Source of the DNA: Polyangiaceae bacterium
GTDB lineage: Bacteria; Myxococcota_A; Polyangia; Polyangiales; Polyangiaceae
Length of the DNA: 64,000 bases
Direction of reading: 5' to 3'
Assembly (NCBI GenBank): GCA_965222375.1
Contig: CBDCTZ010000015.1
Span: forward strand, 1,248,001-1,312,000
In this document: positions 1 to 9,958 of the stretch, piece after piece
Numbering within the stretch: position 1 is the stretch's first letter
Layout: each line of letters begins with the position of its first letter
Notes under the pieces: model-generated
What the model was told of the DNA's origin: nothing
Database searches by the model: none
The model's input: the letters and a program-made list of their open reading frames with translations, nothing else
Translations under genes and position numbers: made by a program

Positions 1-1419
1 GCTCGTGGTCCGGCGGGACTCGTGACTCGGGTCTAGGTTCTTGACCAATCCGAAGTCGAGCAGCATGGCGCGCTGCCCTTCAGCGGTGTGTGCCAAGAAC
101 ACGTTTGCGGGCTTCAGGTCTCGATGCAGCAGTCCCGCATCGTGGGCGCACGTCAGGGCCTCACCGATCTGTTGCGCGATGCGCACCGCTTCCTCCCAGG
201 GCAAGCAGCCGACGCGCTGAAGCCGAGCTTCCAGGCTCTCGCCTTCCAGTAAGTCCATCACGATGTAGGCCGTCCGTTCGTCGATGCGGCCCAACTCGTG
301 GGTCGTCACGATGCCCGGATGACCGAGCTGGCTTGCCGCGTGAGCCTCCTGCTCGAAGCGCGCTAGCGCATCGGGGCTGTTGGCGACATCTGGCAACATG
401 ATCTTCAGTGCGTAGTTGGTCCCGCTCGACAGATGCGTGGCTCGAAACACGGCGCCCATGCCTCCTTGAGCCAGCAGCGCATCCACTCGCCACACCCCGT
501 TGATGGTGCGACCGACCCAGCCGCTCATCTGCGCGGGCTGAGGTGCCCGGGGAGCGCCGGGGGCGCTTGGCTCGAGCACTTGGGCCAAACGATCTCGCGG
601 GACGATCTCCTGTTTCAGCGCTTCCACGGCGACACTGCGCGTGTCGGCCACGGGCAGCTCGAGCCGCTCGGCAAGCTGCTCGATCGTGTGCACGCCAGAA
701 GCGCTCACGACCGCGGAAAGGCGCGCGGCGCGAGCCGCTCGTCGCCAATTGCTCAGAGCCCGGCTCGCTAGAAAGATGGCACCCGCCAGGGGGAAGAGTC
801 CGCCGGGGACCAACAGGACGAGGGCAATGACGCCTTCGCCGGTTGCGATGCCGGCCACGCCAATCACGACGAACAGGGCGCCGAAGCCCAACACGGGCAG
901 AGCGGCGAGGGCGAGCAATAGCGCGCGCCAACGGCGTGTGCGTCGGAAGGCGATTAACCGCTGGCGCTCGGGCCCCATGGGCAGCGCCGCCCTGAGGCCT
1001 GAGCTCTGCACCAGCTTCGCGCAACCCACGCGGGTCGCCAGTTGCATCAAGTGGTTGGCGCGGCTTTCCGGCACGCGCAGCAGATGTGCCGCCTCCGACA
1101 GAGTGAAGTCGACCTGGGTTTCGGCATACACGCAGAGTTCCCCCAGCTCTTCGGCGTCTCGCCGTCGCCGCACGCCAGCCCAGGCAATGAGCAAAGACGC
1201 CAGGGTGGGCCCCACACCGCCGAGCAAGAAGACGATGACGCCGTTGCGCATGCTCAGCCCGGTGATCAAGAGGATCAAACTCCAGAACAGCCAGAACGTG
1301 CCGAACAGCAGTCCGAGTACCGCCACCGCGATCAGCCATCCGCCGACACGGCCGCGCTTGCGCGCGAAGTCACGCAGCGCGTGAGGGACCAGAGCGAAGC
1401 CGATGGTCTCGGTCGTCAC
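1..1419 (-). CDS. Ser/Thr protein kinase with N-terminal multi-pass membrane domain (3' truncated by window edge)
   Basis: Not in the ORF track because no stop lies inside the window. Manual translation from GTG 1419 (GTGA overlap with the upstream stop) gives about 4 hydrophobic segments, then LLAQGGMGAVFRA, YALKIM, HRDLKPANVFL and LLDFGL. Confidence 0.9.
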   Translation of the reverse strand, partial: MTTETIGFALVPHALRDFARKRGRVGGWLIAVAVLGLLFGTFWLFWSLILLITGLSMRNGVIVFLLGGVGPTLASLLIAWAGVRRRRDAEELGELCVYAETQVDFTLSEAAHLLRVPESRANHLMQLATRVGCAKLVQSSGLRAALPMGPERQRLIAFRRTRRWRALLLALAALPVLGFGALFVVIGVAGIATGEGVIALVLLVPGGLFPLAGAIFLASRALSNWRRAARAARLSAVVSASGVHTIEQLAERLELPVADTRSVAVEALKQEIVPRDRLAQVLEPSAPGAPRAPQPAQMSGWVGRTINGVWRVDALLAQGGMGAVFRATHLSSGTNYALKIMLPDVANSPDALARFEQEAHAASQLGHPGIVTTHELGRIDERTAYIVMDLLEGESLEARLQRVGCLPWEEAVRIAQQIGEALTCAHDAGLLHRDLKPANVFLAHTAEGQRAMLLDFGLVKNLDPSHESRRTTS

Positions 1420-3860
1420 CGCGCTGTCTCCGATGCGTCGACGAACAACGGGCAGTCCGTCGTGAGCAAGTATCCGTCACCACGGGTGAGCAAGAACTCA
1501 CCCAGCCCGAGTTTGCGCAGGCTCGACACAGCCACCCGAACGCGGTGGGCTCCGGCGTCCTTGACCAGCTTCTCTCCCGGCCAGGCTGCCGCCTGGAGCT
1601 CGGCCCAGCTCAACGGCTTGCCTGGGTCGGCTTCTCTCTGCTGCGCCAGGGCATCGGCGATGCGTGACAAGGTTCGGCGCCGATGCAGGCTCACCGCCTG
1701 GCCGCCCGGCGTGCGAAACCAGCGCCCGGCGCTTCCGATGACGAGTGCATCCGTCGGTGCCTTGGGTGCAACGTAGGCCTGGGGTCGCAGGGCTCGGCTC
1801 AGGCATCGAGTCCAGAAGCACCTCTTGGCGTCCTCGTCGGACACGCTCGGCGCTGCTTCGCCAGCCTCCGGCGCAAGGACCTCCGCGTCCAGCCACGTCG
1901 AGAGCCGTTGGGCCACCCGACGCACGCGCGCGCCCAGTGCTCCGATTCCGTCAGCTGCGCGGAGAAGTGCGTGGGCTTCACCCAACTTCTTGGATCCAGC
2001 AGCGGCTAGGGCCGCGAGCACCAAAGCCTGGGCCTCGCAGGCACCGTCCTGAAGCGCCCGGGCGCGCTGAGCTAGCTCTTGAAGCTGGCTGCCATCGCCG
2101 CCTTGCCCACGATCGTAAGCGAGCATCGCCGCAGTCAGATCCCGCCGCAGCGCTTCTGGCGCCGCGTCTGCACCCGACAAGCCGTGCAACACCCTCGAGA
2201 CAGCTTCGTGCTGACCTCGATCCAGATAGGCAAGAGCAAGATCGATGCACGCTTGCCGCGCGGCGACGTCATCTTGTTGGGACGCGAACAAAGCCGACGC
2301 CCGCTCGAAAACGCAAGCTGCATCTTCACCCAATTCGGCCCGCGCTCGCGCCAGCGCGCGAAGTGCTCGCGCTTCGCCCAGCAGGTCTCCGGCTGTGGAC
2401 AGGAGCGTCAGTGCTTCCTGCGCGTGCTGTGCGGCAAGTCCGGCCTCGCCTTGGTCGTGCAGCACCCTGGAAAGCCCGAGGCGAGCCGCGCCGCGCAATT
2501 CCGAACGCTCCAACGCACTGGCCAGCTTGTCCGCCCGGGAAAGGTCACGCAGCGCGCTCGCACCGTCACCCGCGTGCTGGCGCGCTGACCCCGTGGCGAC
2601 CAGGGTTCGACAGATCAACATGGGATCTGCGCCCGAGTCCCGACTGCGCTGCAAAACTCCGTCCAGCACCGAAAGATGTCGTAGCGGGGGCGCCTGGTCC
2701 GCGCTCGCATACAGCGCACTGAGCACGCGGAGCGCTGGTTCGGCCTCGCGTCGCGTGAGATCTTTACGCCCCAGCACCGACTCAATCACCGCGTCCAAGT
2801 TGTGCCGCTCCAGATGCAAGCCCTCGTCGGTCGCTCCACGCTCCGCTAAGTCCGCGAAGTAGGCCGCGTGGCACTGACGAGCTTCGGCAATTTGCTCGGC
2901 GTCGGCCTGGCGCTGCGCAAAGCGGCGGACTGACGCCAGCAATTGCAGCCGCACACCGCCGTCCTCCGAGTTGTTTGCCTGCAGCCAGGAGCGCGCCCGC
3001 AGAGCGGAAGTCAGCTCGACTCCCCCGGCGGCCGCATCGAGTACCGCCTCCGCCGCCTCCAGCTCGAAGCTACCGGGAAACACCGAGAGCCTCCCGAGCG
3101 CGCGCTGCTGGGTGGTGTCGAGAGCGGACCAGGCTCCTGCGAATGCCGACTCCAAGGCGCGCGGCAACTCTCCCCCGCCTCGAGCTGCCCCGCCGCCCTG
3201 ACGCATGCGGTGCAACAGCGCCGCGGGAGCCATGACGCTGAGCCTCGGCGCGGACAGCTCGATGCCGAGGGGCAAACCGTCCAGCTCTTTGAGCAGCTCC
3301 ACCAGAATTGGTCGCTCGGCAGCGGTTGGTTCGTAGCCGGGGCGCGCGCGCCGTGCATGCTCGACCAAGAGTTCCGCCGCCGGGCCTTCGAACTCTGAGC
3401 TGTGACTGAGGGGCGATAGCTCGGTTGCGCGCTCCGTCGGCAATGCGAGAAGCTCGCGGCAGGTCACCAGCACGCTGAGCCCGGGATGCCTGTAGAGCCA
3501 GTCGTCCAGCTTCGTCCGGAGCAATGCCACCGCGGGCTCGCAATCATCCAGGAGCAGCAAGAACGCGCCGTCACCGCCCAAGCTTTCCTGGCCACCCAGC
3601 AGCGCTTCTGCCACGCCGGCTTCGTCCAATGCCGAGAGCAGGGCTGCTTCATCCGCCGCGCCAGCCAGGCACGCGTAGCGCGTGCCCTCGAAGGCGCCGC
3701 TCGTCGCAACGTTGTCCATGACCGCGCGGGCCAGGCGCGACTTGCCCACTCCCACGGGGCCCGTCAGCGTGATCAAGCGCTCGTCGGCAACAAGCCACTC
3801 CTCAATCGATCGCTGCTCCGCGGCGCGACCGACGAGGGTGGAGGCTCTCGCATCGGGCAT
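1416..3860 (-). CDS. STAND/NB-ARC-type ATPase with TPR-like helices and C-terminal winged-HTH
   Basis: Walker A GPVGVGKS, Walker B LLLLDDCE, LDGLPLGIEL motif, Ala-rich helical repeats, OmpR-like C-terminus (AWPGE...RVRVAVSSLRKLG...GDGYLL). Start at ATG 3860 inferred. Confidence 0.85.
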   Translation of the reverse strand: MPDARASTLVGRAAEQRSIEEWLVADERLITLTGPVGVGKSRLARAVMDNVATSGAFEGTRYACLAGAADEAALLSALDEAGVAEALLGGQESLGGDGAFLLLLDDCEPAVALLRTKLDDWLYRHPGLSVLVTCRELLALPTERATELSPLSHSSEFEGPAAELLVEHARRARPGYEPTAAERPILVELLKELDGLPLGIELSAPRLSVMAPAALLHRMRQGGGAARGGGELPRALESAFAGAWSALDTTQQRALGRLSVFPGSFELEAAEAVLDAAAGGVELTSALRARSWLQANNSEDGGVRLQLLASVRRFAQRQADAEQIAEARQCHAAYFADLAERGATDEGLHLERHNLDAVIESVLGRKDLTRREAEPALRVLSALYASADQAPPLRHLSVLDGVLQRSRDSGADPMLICRTLVATGSARQHAGDGASALRDLSRADKLASALERSELRGAARLGLSRVLHDQGEAGLAAQHAQEALTLLSTAGDLLGEARALRALARARAELGEDAACVFERASALFASQQDDVAARQACIDLALAYLDRGQHEAVSRVLHGLSGADAAPEALRRDLTAAMLAYDRGQGGDGSQLQELAQRARALQDGACEAQALVLAALAAAGSKKLGEAHALLRAADGIGALGARVRRVAQRLSTWLDAEVLAPEAGEAAPSVSDEDAKRCFWTRCLSRALRPQAYVAPKAPTDALVIGSAGRWFRTPGGQAVSLHRRRTLSRIADALAQQREADPGKPLSWAELQAAAWPGEKLVKDAGAHRVRVAVSSLRKLGLGEFLLTRGDGYLLTTDCPLFVDASETAR

Positions 3861-3972
3861 GACTGAGGCTAGGCCGAGCAAACTTCCCGTGCAAAGCGAT
3901 ACCTGCTGCTTTTCCGGCGAGTTTCTACCGGCAGTTCGGGCTCCGTCAGCGTAAGCTCTGGCCGTGTGGCAC

Positions 3973-5505
3973 ATGTTCAGCCGATCGAGTTTGGCGCGAC
4001 TGCATTTTATTGCATGGGTGCTGGTCATCGCGTGTTCGAGCGAGAGCTCCGACCCCCAGGTCGATAGTGGAGCGGCCCAGGATGCGGGCAGCACGGACTC
4101 GTCCCATCACAGCGACAGCAGTGGCCAGGACGCGAACGAGCACGACGCGAGCGACGCCGCTCCGGACGCGCCACCTGCGGATGGTGAGCCCGGCGACGCC
4201 GGTCCGAAGCCTACGCTACGCGTGCTGTTCATCGGCAATAGCTACACCGCCGTCAACTCACTACCGACAGTCCTCGCCAAGCTGTCCGAAGCGAGCCAAT
4301 CGCCGGTTTCCTTCGTGGTCGCGCAACACACACCGGGCGGTGCGACCTTTGACGACCACAACGTCAATCCGGCCGTCGACCAGTTGATTGCCCAAGGCTG
4401 GCACCACGTCGTACTGCAGGACCAAAGCCAGCAGCCTTGGATCTACAAAGCTAACGCCAAACCCGAACTGCTCTCTCTGGATTCCAAGATCACAGCGGCG
4501 GGCGCCAAGACGCTGCTGTTCATGACCTGGGCGCGCAGCACGGATGTCGTGACCCACAAGTCTCGCTTCGCCATGGACATGGCGGTGAACCACTACTACG
4601 AGCGCCACGCTGAGGCCGTCGGCGCAGGCGTCGCGCCGGTCGGCCGCGCCTGGGAGCGCGCCAGGAGGGATCCCACGCTTACCCTGCACAGCTCAGATGG
4701 ATCGCACCCCAACGAAAACGGCACCTACCTCGCGGCCTGCGTTTTCTACGCCACGCTGACCAATACCTCACCGCTGGGCCTGGGCTCCGGGGGGCTCAAC
4801 GTCCCCGCTGCTCTGCAGACACGGCTGCAACAGACCGCGTGGGACACGCACCTCGCGCGGCAGCGGGCGCAATCACCCGCAATCGGATCATGGCCGCTCT
4901 CGGCGACCACAGGGGGACAGGACATCGCCCCATTTCTGCTGACCCTCGGCGGCCTGACGGGGCCGACGGGCACACCGCAGACGGCAACACAGTTTGAAAC
5001 GGGCAAATACGCCGGCATTCCCTACTTCCCAGGCATAAACGCTCCGAAGATCACTGTCGCCTTCGACGCCTATCGCGCCGACTGGAGCGTCCCGACGGCC
5101 TTGCCCGAAATGTTCGTCTCCAAGTCGTTTGGCTACCAGCTCCAGCAATCCGGAGTCACTCTGGAGGCGAAGCTGTATACAACAAGTGGCGACCTGTCTC
5201 CGGACCTGACCCATTCAGTGGCAGGTCTGTCCCCCGGCTGGCACCACTTCGCTTTGACCTACGATGGCGCAAGCTACGCGCTTTGGGTGGATGCTTCGAA
5301 GGTCGCCTCTGCTCCGATTACCGGCGACATACGTTATTACCCGCTGGCGCCAGACTACATCCGCTACAATGCTATCTCGGTGGGCGCGCACAACGTCGAT
5401 CCAACTTCGCTTGGGGTGGCGGCCACCGCGAGCTTCACCGGGGCGCTGTCCAATCTGCGGCTATTCGATCGCGCGCTCAGCCAAGCGGAGCTGCAGAATC
5501 TGTGA
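3973..5505 (+). CDS. Lipoprotein with SGNH-hydrolase-like domain and LamG/concanavalin-like domain
   Basis: Lipobox LVIAC; VLFIGNSYT, VVLQDQS, DGSHP; C-terminal GWHHFALTYDG and LRLFDRALS. Confidence 0.8.
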   Translation: MFSRSSLARLHFIAWVLVIACSSESSDPQVDSGAAQDAGSTDSSHHSDSSGQDANEHDASDAAPDAPPADGEPGDAGPKPTLRVLFIGNSYTAVNSLPTVLAKLSEASQSPVSFVVAQHTPGGATFDDHNVNPAVDQLIAQGWHHVVLQDQSQQPWIYKANAKPELLSLDSKITAAGAKTLLFMTWARSTDVVTHKSRFAMDMAVNHYYERHAEAVGAGVAPVGRAWERARRDPTLTLHSSDGSHPNENGTYLAACVFYATLTNTSPLGLGSGGLNVPAALQTRLQQTAWDTHLARQRAQSPAIGSWPLSATTGGQDIAPFLLTLGGLTGPTGTPQTATQFETGKYAGIPYFPGINAPKITVAFDAYRADWSVPTALPEMFVSKSFGYQLQQSGVTLEAKLYTTSGDLSPDLTHSVAGLSPGWHHFALTYDGASYALWVDASKVASAPITGDIRYYPLAPDYIRYNAISVGAHNVDPTSLGVAATASFTGALSNLRLFDRALSQAELQNL

Positions 5506-5559
5506 ACAGAGCAAGCGCCTTCGCCACGGTCCCAGTGAGCGAAGTATTCGGTGCCAACC

Positions 5560-6471
5560 ATGAGTGAAGATACCGGATTCAACGCGCGCACCACCACCGA
5601 CGAAGTGCTCGAAGGGGTCGATCTCTCAGCCAAGCGTGCGGTGGTCACGGGCTGCAACACGGGTATCGGCTTCGAAACCGCTCGGGCCTTGGCCAGCGCG
5701 CGCGCGACGGTCGTATTGCCTTGCCGATCCTTGGACAAGAGCCGCGATACAGCCAGACGAATCGCGGAACTGGTGCCGCACGCCAAGACGGAGACCGCCG
5801 AGCTGGACCTCTCCTCCTTGCAGTCAGTCGCTGGCTTCTGCAAGTCGGAGAAAGGCAAAGCCATCGACATGCTCGCCTGCAACGCGGGCATCTATCCCAC
5901 GGGGTACAGCGAGAGCGCGGACGGCATCGAACTCTGCTTTGCGATTTGCCACATTGGCCACTTCGCGCTGTGCCAAGGCTTGCTCAACGAACTCAAGCAG
6001 TCGCGAGCGCGGATCGTGATGGTCTCGTCCGGGTCCCACCGCACGCCACCGAAGTTGAACTTCGACAACTTGCCGCCCAAGCAGCGCGGCTACTCGCCCA
6101 TGAAAGCCTACGGCCAAGCCAAGCTCGCGAACGTGCTCTTCGCCAAGGAGCTCCAACGAAGGCTCGACGGCGACGGCGTCACCGTTAACGCCCTGCACCC
6201 GGGCGCACTCATCGCGACCTCCATCAGCAGGAACTCGCTCTTGGCCCGCATCGCCATCACCCTCGCCAAGCCCTTCACCAAGACCCTTGCGCAGGGTGCG
6301 GCAACGACCGTCCTGTGCGCCGCCTCGCCCACTACCGCCGACGCCAAGGGCGAATACTTCCAAGATTGCCAAGTCGATCGCGCCAGCGCGGAGGCCTGCA
6401 GCCCCGCCGTCGCGAAAAAGCTCTGGGAGCTGACCGAGGCATTGCTGCGCGACAAGGCCGCAACGTCCTGA
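5560..6471 (+). CDS. Short-chain dehydrogenase/reductase (retinol-DH/WWOX-like)
   Basis: TGCNTGIG, CNAG, YGQAK (YxxxK), LHPG. Confidence 0.9.
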   Translation: MSEDTGFNARTTTDEVLEGVDLSAKRAVVTGCNTGIGFETARALASARATVVLPCRSLDKSRDTARRIAELVPHAKTETAELDLSSLQSVAGFCKSEKGKAIDMLACNAGIYPTGYSESADGIELCFAICHIGHFALCQGLLNELKQSRARIVMVSSGSHRTPPKLNFDNLPPKQRGYSPMKAYGQAKLANVLFAKELQRRLDGDGVTVNALHPGALIATSISRNSLLARIAITLAKPFTKTLAQGAATTVLCAASPTTADAKGEYFQDCQVDRASAEACSPAVAKKLWELTEALLRDKAATS

Positions 6472-6628
6472 AACTAGCCTGGTCGGCTCCACCCCGTTGC
6501 GATCGTTCCAGCGATTGGTTTGGGAGCCGCTTTGTAACTTGGCGCGACTGCAGGCACTGCACGTCCCACGGCCCTGCGGCAGCGTTCAAGCTCTCGCGGC
6601 AGCCGCGCCGGGGCCACGCGGTCGACGG

Positions 6629-7117
6629 CTACTCGACGCGCGCCCAAGCAGGATTCGCCCATCGCCAAGCGACGGCCGCTAATCCTGCGAATACCAGTAC
6701 AGGCGGCACGGCAAGAAGGAGCGCGACGTAGCCGTAGATCAGCCAGTGAAATGCAAAAACGAGCACGCCCGGCAACACGAACGCCGAAAGCCAGACGATC
6801 CGCCACCTCTCATACTTGGCGTCGCGCAGCCGACGGTCTCCAGCCCAGGCCAGCACGCACCAGGTTGCCAAGACTACGGTCTCTATCGCGTACATGATGA
6901 GACCCATCCAGGCTAAGGCACCCCAATCCCGATCCACGAACTCGGTCCAGGTGCAGGGCTCCGGCGGAATGTCCGGCGCCATGCCTGGGCAGTTGCCTGT
7001 GCTTGCCCACTGCCACATCTCGTGGGCTTCGGCGAATGCCAGAAAGAGCAGCGTCGGCAAGATTGCCTGGGCCAGCCAGACCACTCCGAGATTCAGTAGC
7101 CGCCCGGTTTGCGCCAT
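6629..7117 (-). CDS. Hypothetical membrane protein
   Basis: About 4 hydrophobic segments; Cys pair in the first loop. Confidence 0.6.
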   Translation of the reverse strand: MAQTGRLLNLGVVWLAQAILPTLLFLAFAEAHEMWQWASTGNCPGMAPDIPPEPCTWTEFVDRDWGALAWMGLIMYAIETVVLATWCVLAWAGDRRLRDAKYERWRIVWLSAFVLPGVLVFAFHWLIYGYVALLLAVPPVLVFAGLAAVAWRWANPAWARVE

Positions 7118-7476
7118 CGCCTAGCACTAGCGGGGCACTGTGTAGGCCATGTGGAAGGCGAGTGGTGCTTTGGGGCAATGCCCGCGGAGCCGAAGCAGCC
7201 GCGCGATCCATGCAACCCGCGACGATGCCCCGCATGGGGCGGCTCGCGAGAATCAACACCCTCGGGTGAATCCGAGGCGCATGGCCAGACGCGCATCTCG
7301 AGCCAACGCTCGGGACGCGACCCGGCGGGCTTTCTCGCACGCCTGGGGGGTGACGTACCAGCGCTGAGCGTCGGCGGGATCATACGCGACAACGCCTTCG
7401 CGACCAGCGTTCAAGAACTCGAAAGCATCTCCCCTTCGCCGGGCATAGCCCCGGGCACGGCAGCCAACAACTCGAT

Positions 7477-8481
7477 ATGGGTCGCAGCCTCGTCGACGCT
7501 TTCCCTTGGGCACGCCTGATGCTCAGGCAAGTCGACGAGGTGCTCGCGAAGTTGGGAGCACCTAAGATAAGTGACACGGCATACCGACCCGACACCGGAT
7601 CCAGTCCGGAAGAAGACGACGCTCGCTTTCAGCGGCTATCCCACGTGGAAGCCGCAGGTCCTGCCATCGTCTTCACCGCGGCGCTCTGGACGCGCTATCT
7701 CGAAATCGTCGGCGTGCGCCCGGATGTCGTTGCCGGTCACAGCCAAGGGGAGCAGAGCGCGTTCTTTGCGGCCGGTGCAGTGAACCTGGAAGGGTTGGTG
7801 CAGCTCAGTGCGTTCATGGGGCGCGCTGGGTCTCCGAAATTCAACCCGGATGCTGCGGGCATCATGGCTGTATTCACTTGCCCCACCGCAGTCACCGAGG
7901 AGCTACTCGAGGGCGCTGGCGGCTACGCGATCATCGCCGCACACAACGGCCCGGAGCAGGCAGCCGTCGCAGGCGAGCGCGATGCGGTCGAGCGCGCGAT
8001 GGCGGCCGCGGCCGAACGAGGCATCGAGGTTCGCCCGCTGCCGGTCTCCAATGCCTTTCATACGCGTCTGGTAGCCGAGGGCGGCCACTACATGAAGGCG
8101 AATTGTCCCAACCTTCCTCCAGTTGGGGAGATCGCCGCCACGCTGGTTTCTAGTCTCGACGCCAAGGTGGTTGGCCCGCAGCTCCTGCCCGTCGATCACT
8201 TCGTGGGCATGGTGACGAAGCCGATTCTGTTCGAACAAACCGCGCGGGCGGTCGCGCCGGAAGTGGACCTCTTCATCGAACTCGGCCCAAGCGCCCACCT
8301 TTCCGGGCTCATGCGCGGCATCGACGCCAGCTGGACGTGCCTACCGATCGAGCCAAAGCCAGGGCACACGCGCGCATTGCACTGCGTCGCTGCGGCGCTC
8401 TTCGCCTACGGCGCTCCAGTAAAATGGCCGCTCTTTTTCCGCACGACGCAAAAGGCCTGGGGCTGCGCCAAACCCTCCTAG
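7477..8481 (+). CDS. Stand-alone acyltransferase domain of type I PKS/PUFA-synthase type (possibly a fragment)
   Basis: GHSQGE catalytic Ser, HNGP, VSNAFHT, FIELGP, post-AT linker LFAYGAPVKW. In-frame PGHGSQ lies just upstream of the ATG. Confidence 0.8.
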   Translation: MGRSLVDAFPWARLMLRQVDEVLAKLGAPKISDTAYRPDTGSSPEEDDARFQRLSHVEAAGPAIVFTAALWTRYLEIVGVRPDVVAGHSQGEQSAFFAAGAVNLEGLVQLSAFMGRAGSPKFNPDAAGIMAVFTCPTAVTEELLEGAGGYAIIAAHNGPEQAAVAGERDAVERAMAAAAERGIEVRPLPVSNAFHTRLVAEGGHYMKANCPNLPPVGEIAATLVSSLDAKVVGPQLLPVDHFVGMVTKPILFEQTARAVAPEVDLFIELGPSAHLSGLMRGIDASWTCLPIEPKPGHTRALHCVAAALFAYGAPVKWPLFFRTTQKAWGCAKPS

Positions 8482-8508
8482 GCCGCTCGGCACAAGCCGT
8501 GAATCCGC

Positions 8509-9255
8509 TCAGCCCCCCACGATCGGGCTGTCCATCCAGGCATGAGACGGCGTGGCCGACGCGAGGGGTGGCGGATCCAACAAGCTCACGGGCGGGTTCG
8601 ACGGAGCGGCCGCAACGCAGGTGAGGACGAATTGGTCGTAGCGTATCCACCAGCCCGGGAATCGAGCTCCGTCGCAGATCGCCACCAAGCTCTGCCATCC
8701 GCCGTGTTCGTCGCCCAAGAAGTCGATCTCGACACTTCGAGTGTCCCTACGTAGGCCCGTACGCAGCACCTTGAGCGCGCTTTCCTTCGCCGACCAAATC
8801 AAATTGGCGATCATGTCGCGCTCCATGGCGCCCTCGACCAACTCTTGCTCGCTGGCCGTGAAGTAGTCCCGCACGAAAGCTGCGGAACGAGGTTCCACCA
8901 GTTCCAAATCGCAGCCCACTCGAAGCTCGCCGTGCAGCACGCTGCACACAGACCAATCCGCGCGGTCCGTCATGCCGATCACGATGCCCGCTTCCGCGCC
9001 ATCGACCTGCACCTCCGGAGCGCCGTCGCTCGCATTGCGCACCTGCACTCGACTCAGCCCCTCGGCGCCAGTGGGAAGTCCCAACGCCCGCGCCACGGTG
9101 GTCTTGGCAGTCCAGCGCGACAGCCGAGACTCGTGGCGGCGCTTGGCGTAGCGCATCGTCCCAATCCGACGATGCTCTCGGTCATCCATCCACGCGTCGT
9201 CGCTGGGCACGTCCGCCATGCCCGCCGAAAGCCAGCTGATCCGGAGCCCGGCCAT
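8509..9255 (-). CDS. 4'-phosphopantetheinyl transferase (Sfp type)
   Basis: VGCDLE and WSAKESALK motifs. Confidence 0.9.
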   Translation of the reverse strand: MAGLRISWLSAGMADVPSDDAWMDDREHRRIGTMRYAKRRHESRLSRWTAKTTVARALGLPTGAEGLSRVQVRNASDGAPEVQVDGAEAGIVIGMTDRADWSVCSVLHGELRVGCDLELVEPRSAAFVRDYFTASEQELVEGAMERDMIANLIWSAKESALKVLRTGLRRDTRSVEIDFLGDEHGGWQSLVAICDGARFPGWWIRYDQFVLTCVAAAPSNPPVSLLDPPPLASATPSHAWMDSPIVGG

Positions 9256-9314
9256 GGCGGGCGAGCTTAATCCCGGAGTCCGACCAACGCCACGCCCCCT
9301 GAGCAGCGTACCGC

Positions 9315-9420
9315 CAGTTCTACATCGACAAAGAAGTGCTTGCGGCAACGGGCGTGCGCGATTTTACGCACTATGCGGTTGATCCAACGGCTGAGCTGAT
9401 GCTCGAATTCTTTTTGACGA
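9315..9420 (+). pseudogene. Remnant 3' end of an SDR (HSDL2-like) gene
   Basis: Reads QFYIDKEVLAATGVRDFTHYAVDPTAELMLEFFL, resembling the C-terminal tail of HSDL2-like SDRs; no catalytic domain upstream. Confidence 0.55.
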
Positions 9421-9470
9421 CGCATGACCGGACAAGACGCTCAGACACGACCCTTCGATCGGACTCCAGC

Positions 9471-9926
9471 ATGACACGACGAACCGAGCTGTACCTTTCG
9501 CCCTTCCTCCTCCTGGCGGCCCTGCTGGCCTGCAAGCGCTCTTCAGATGCGGCGCCGTCTGCAAGTGCCACAGCTGAGGAGCCACCGGCTGTCACCGCAG
9601 CGCCCGAAACCCCGACCCCGGCGGCAACCGACGAACCCACCCCAGCGGATCCCGCGCCAAGCCCCGCTGTTGGCGGCAAGAAGCCAACCCCTGGGCCGAA
9701 GCCCATCACGAAACCGACCACCACGCCCAAAGACTCGGGCGCCCCGCCGCCCAAGGATGCGGGAGCGAGCAAGCCGAGTGGTCCGTCCAAGGCGTGCGTG
9801 CAAAAGTGTCAGTCGGCTCTACAAGGTTGCCTGACGCCGGGCGTGACCGAAGGCGGCGCGCCGAAGCTACCCAACGTGGCAAACTGCCAGAACGCTTTCC
9901 GCGCCTGCCAAGCCGCTTGCAAATAA
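9471..9926 (+). CDS. Pro-rich lipoprotein with C-terminal Cys-rich domain
   Basis: Lipobox LLAC, Pro/Thr linker, six Cys at the C-terminus. Confidence 0.7.
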   Translation: MTRRTELYLSPFLLLAALLACKRSSDAAPSASATAEEPPAVTAAPETPTPAATDEPTPADPAPSPAVGGKKPTPGPKPITKPTTTPKDSGAPPPKDAGASKPSGPSKACVQKCQSALQGCLTPGVTEGGAPKLPNVANCQNAFRACQAACK

Positions 9927-9958
9927 CCTAGCCGACTCCAACGCAACCCTCGGCGGCT

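Noticed and set aside
161..1384. Track ORFs 161..1339(-) and 641..1384(+)
   Set aside because: Wrong frame or antisense of the real membrane kinase (1..1419, minus strand).
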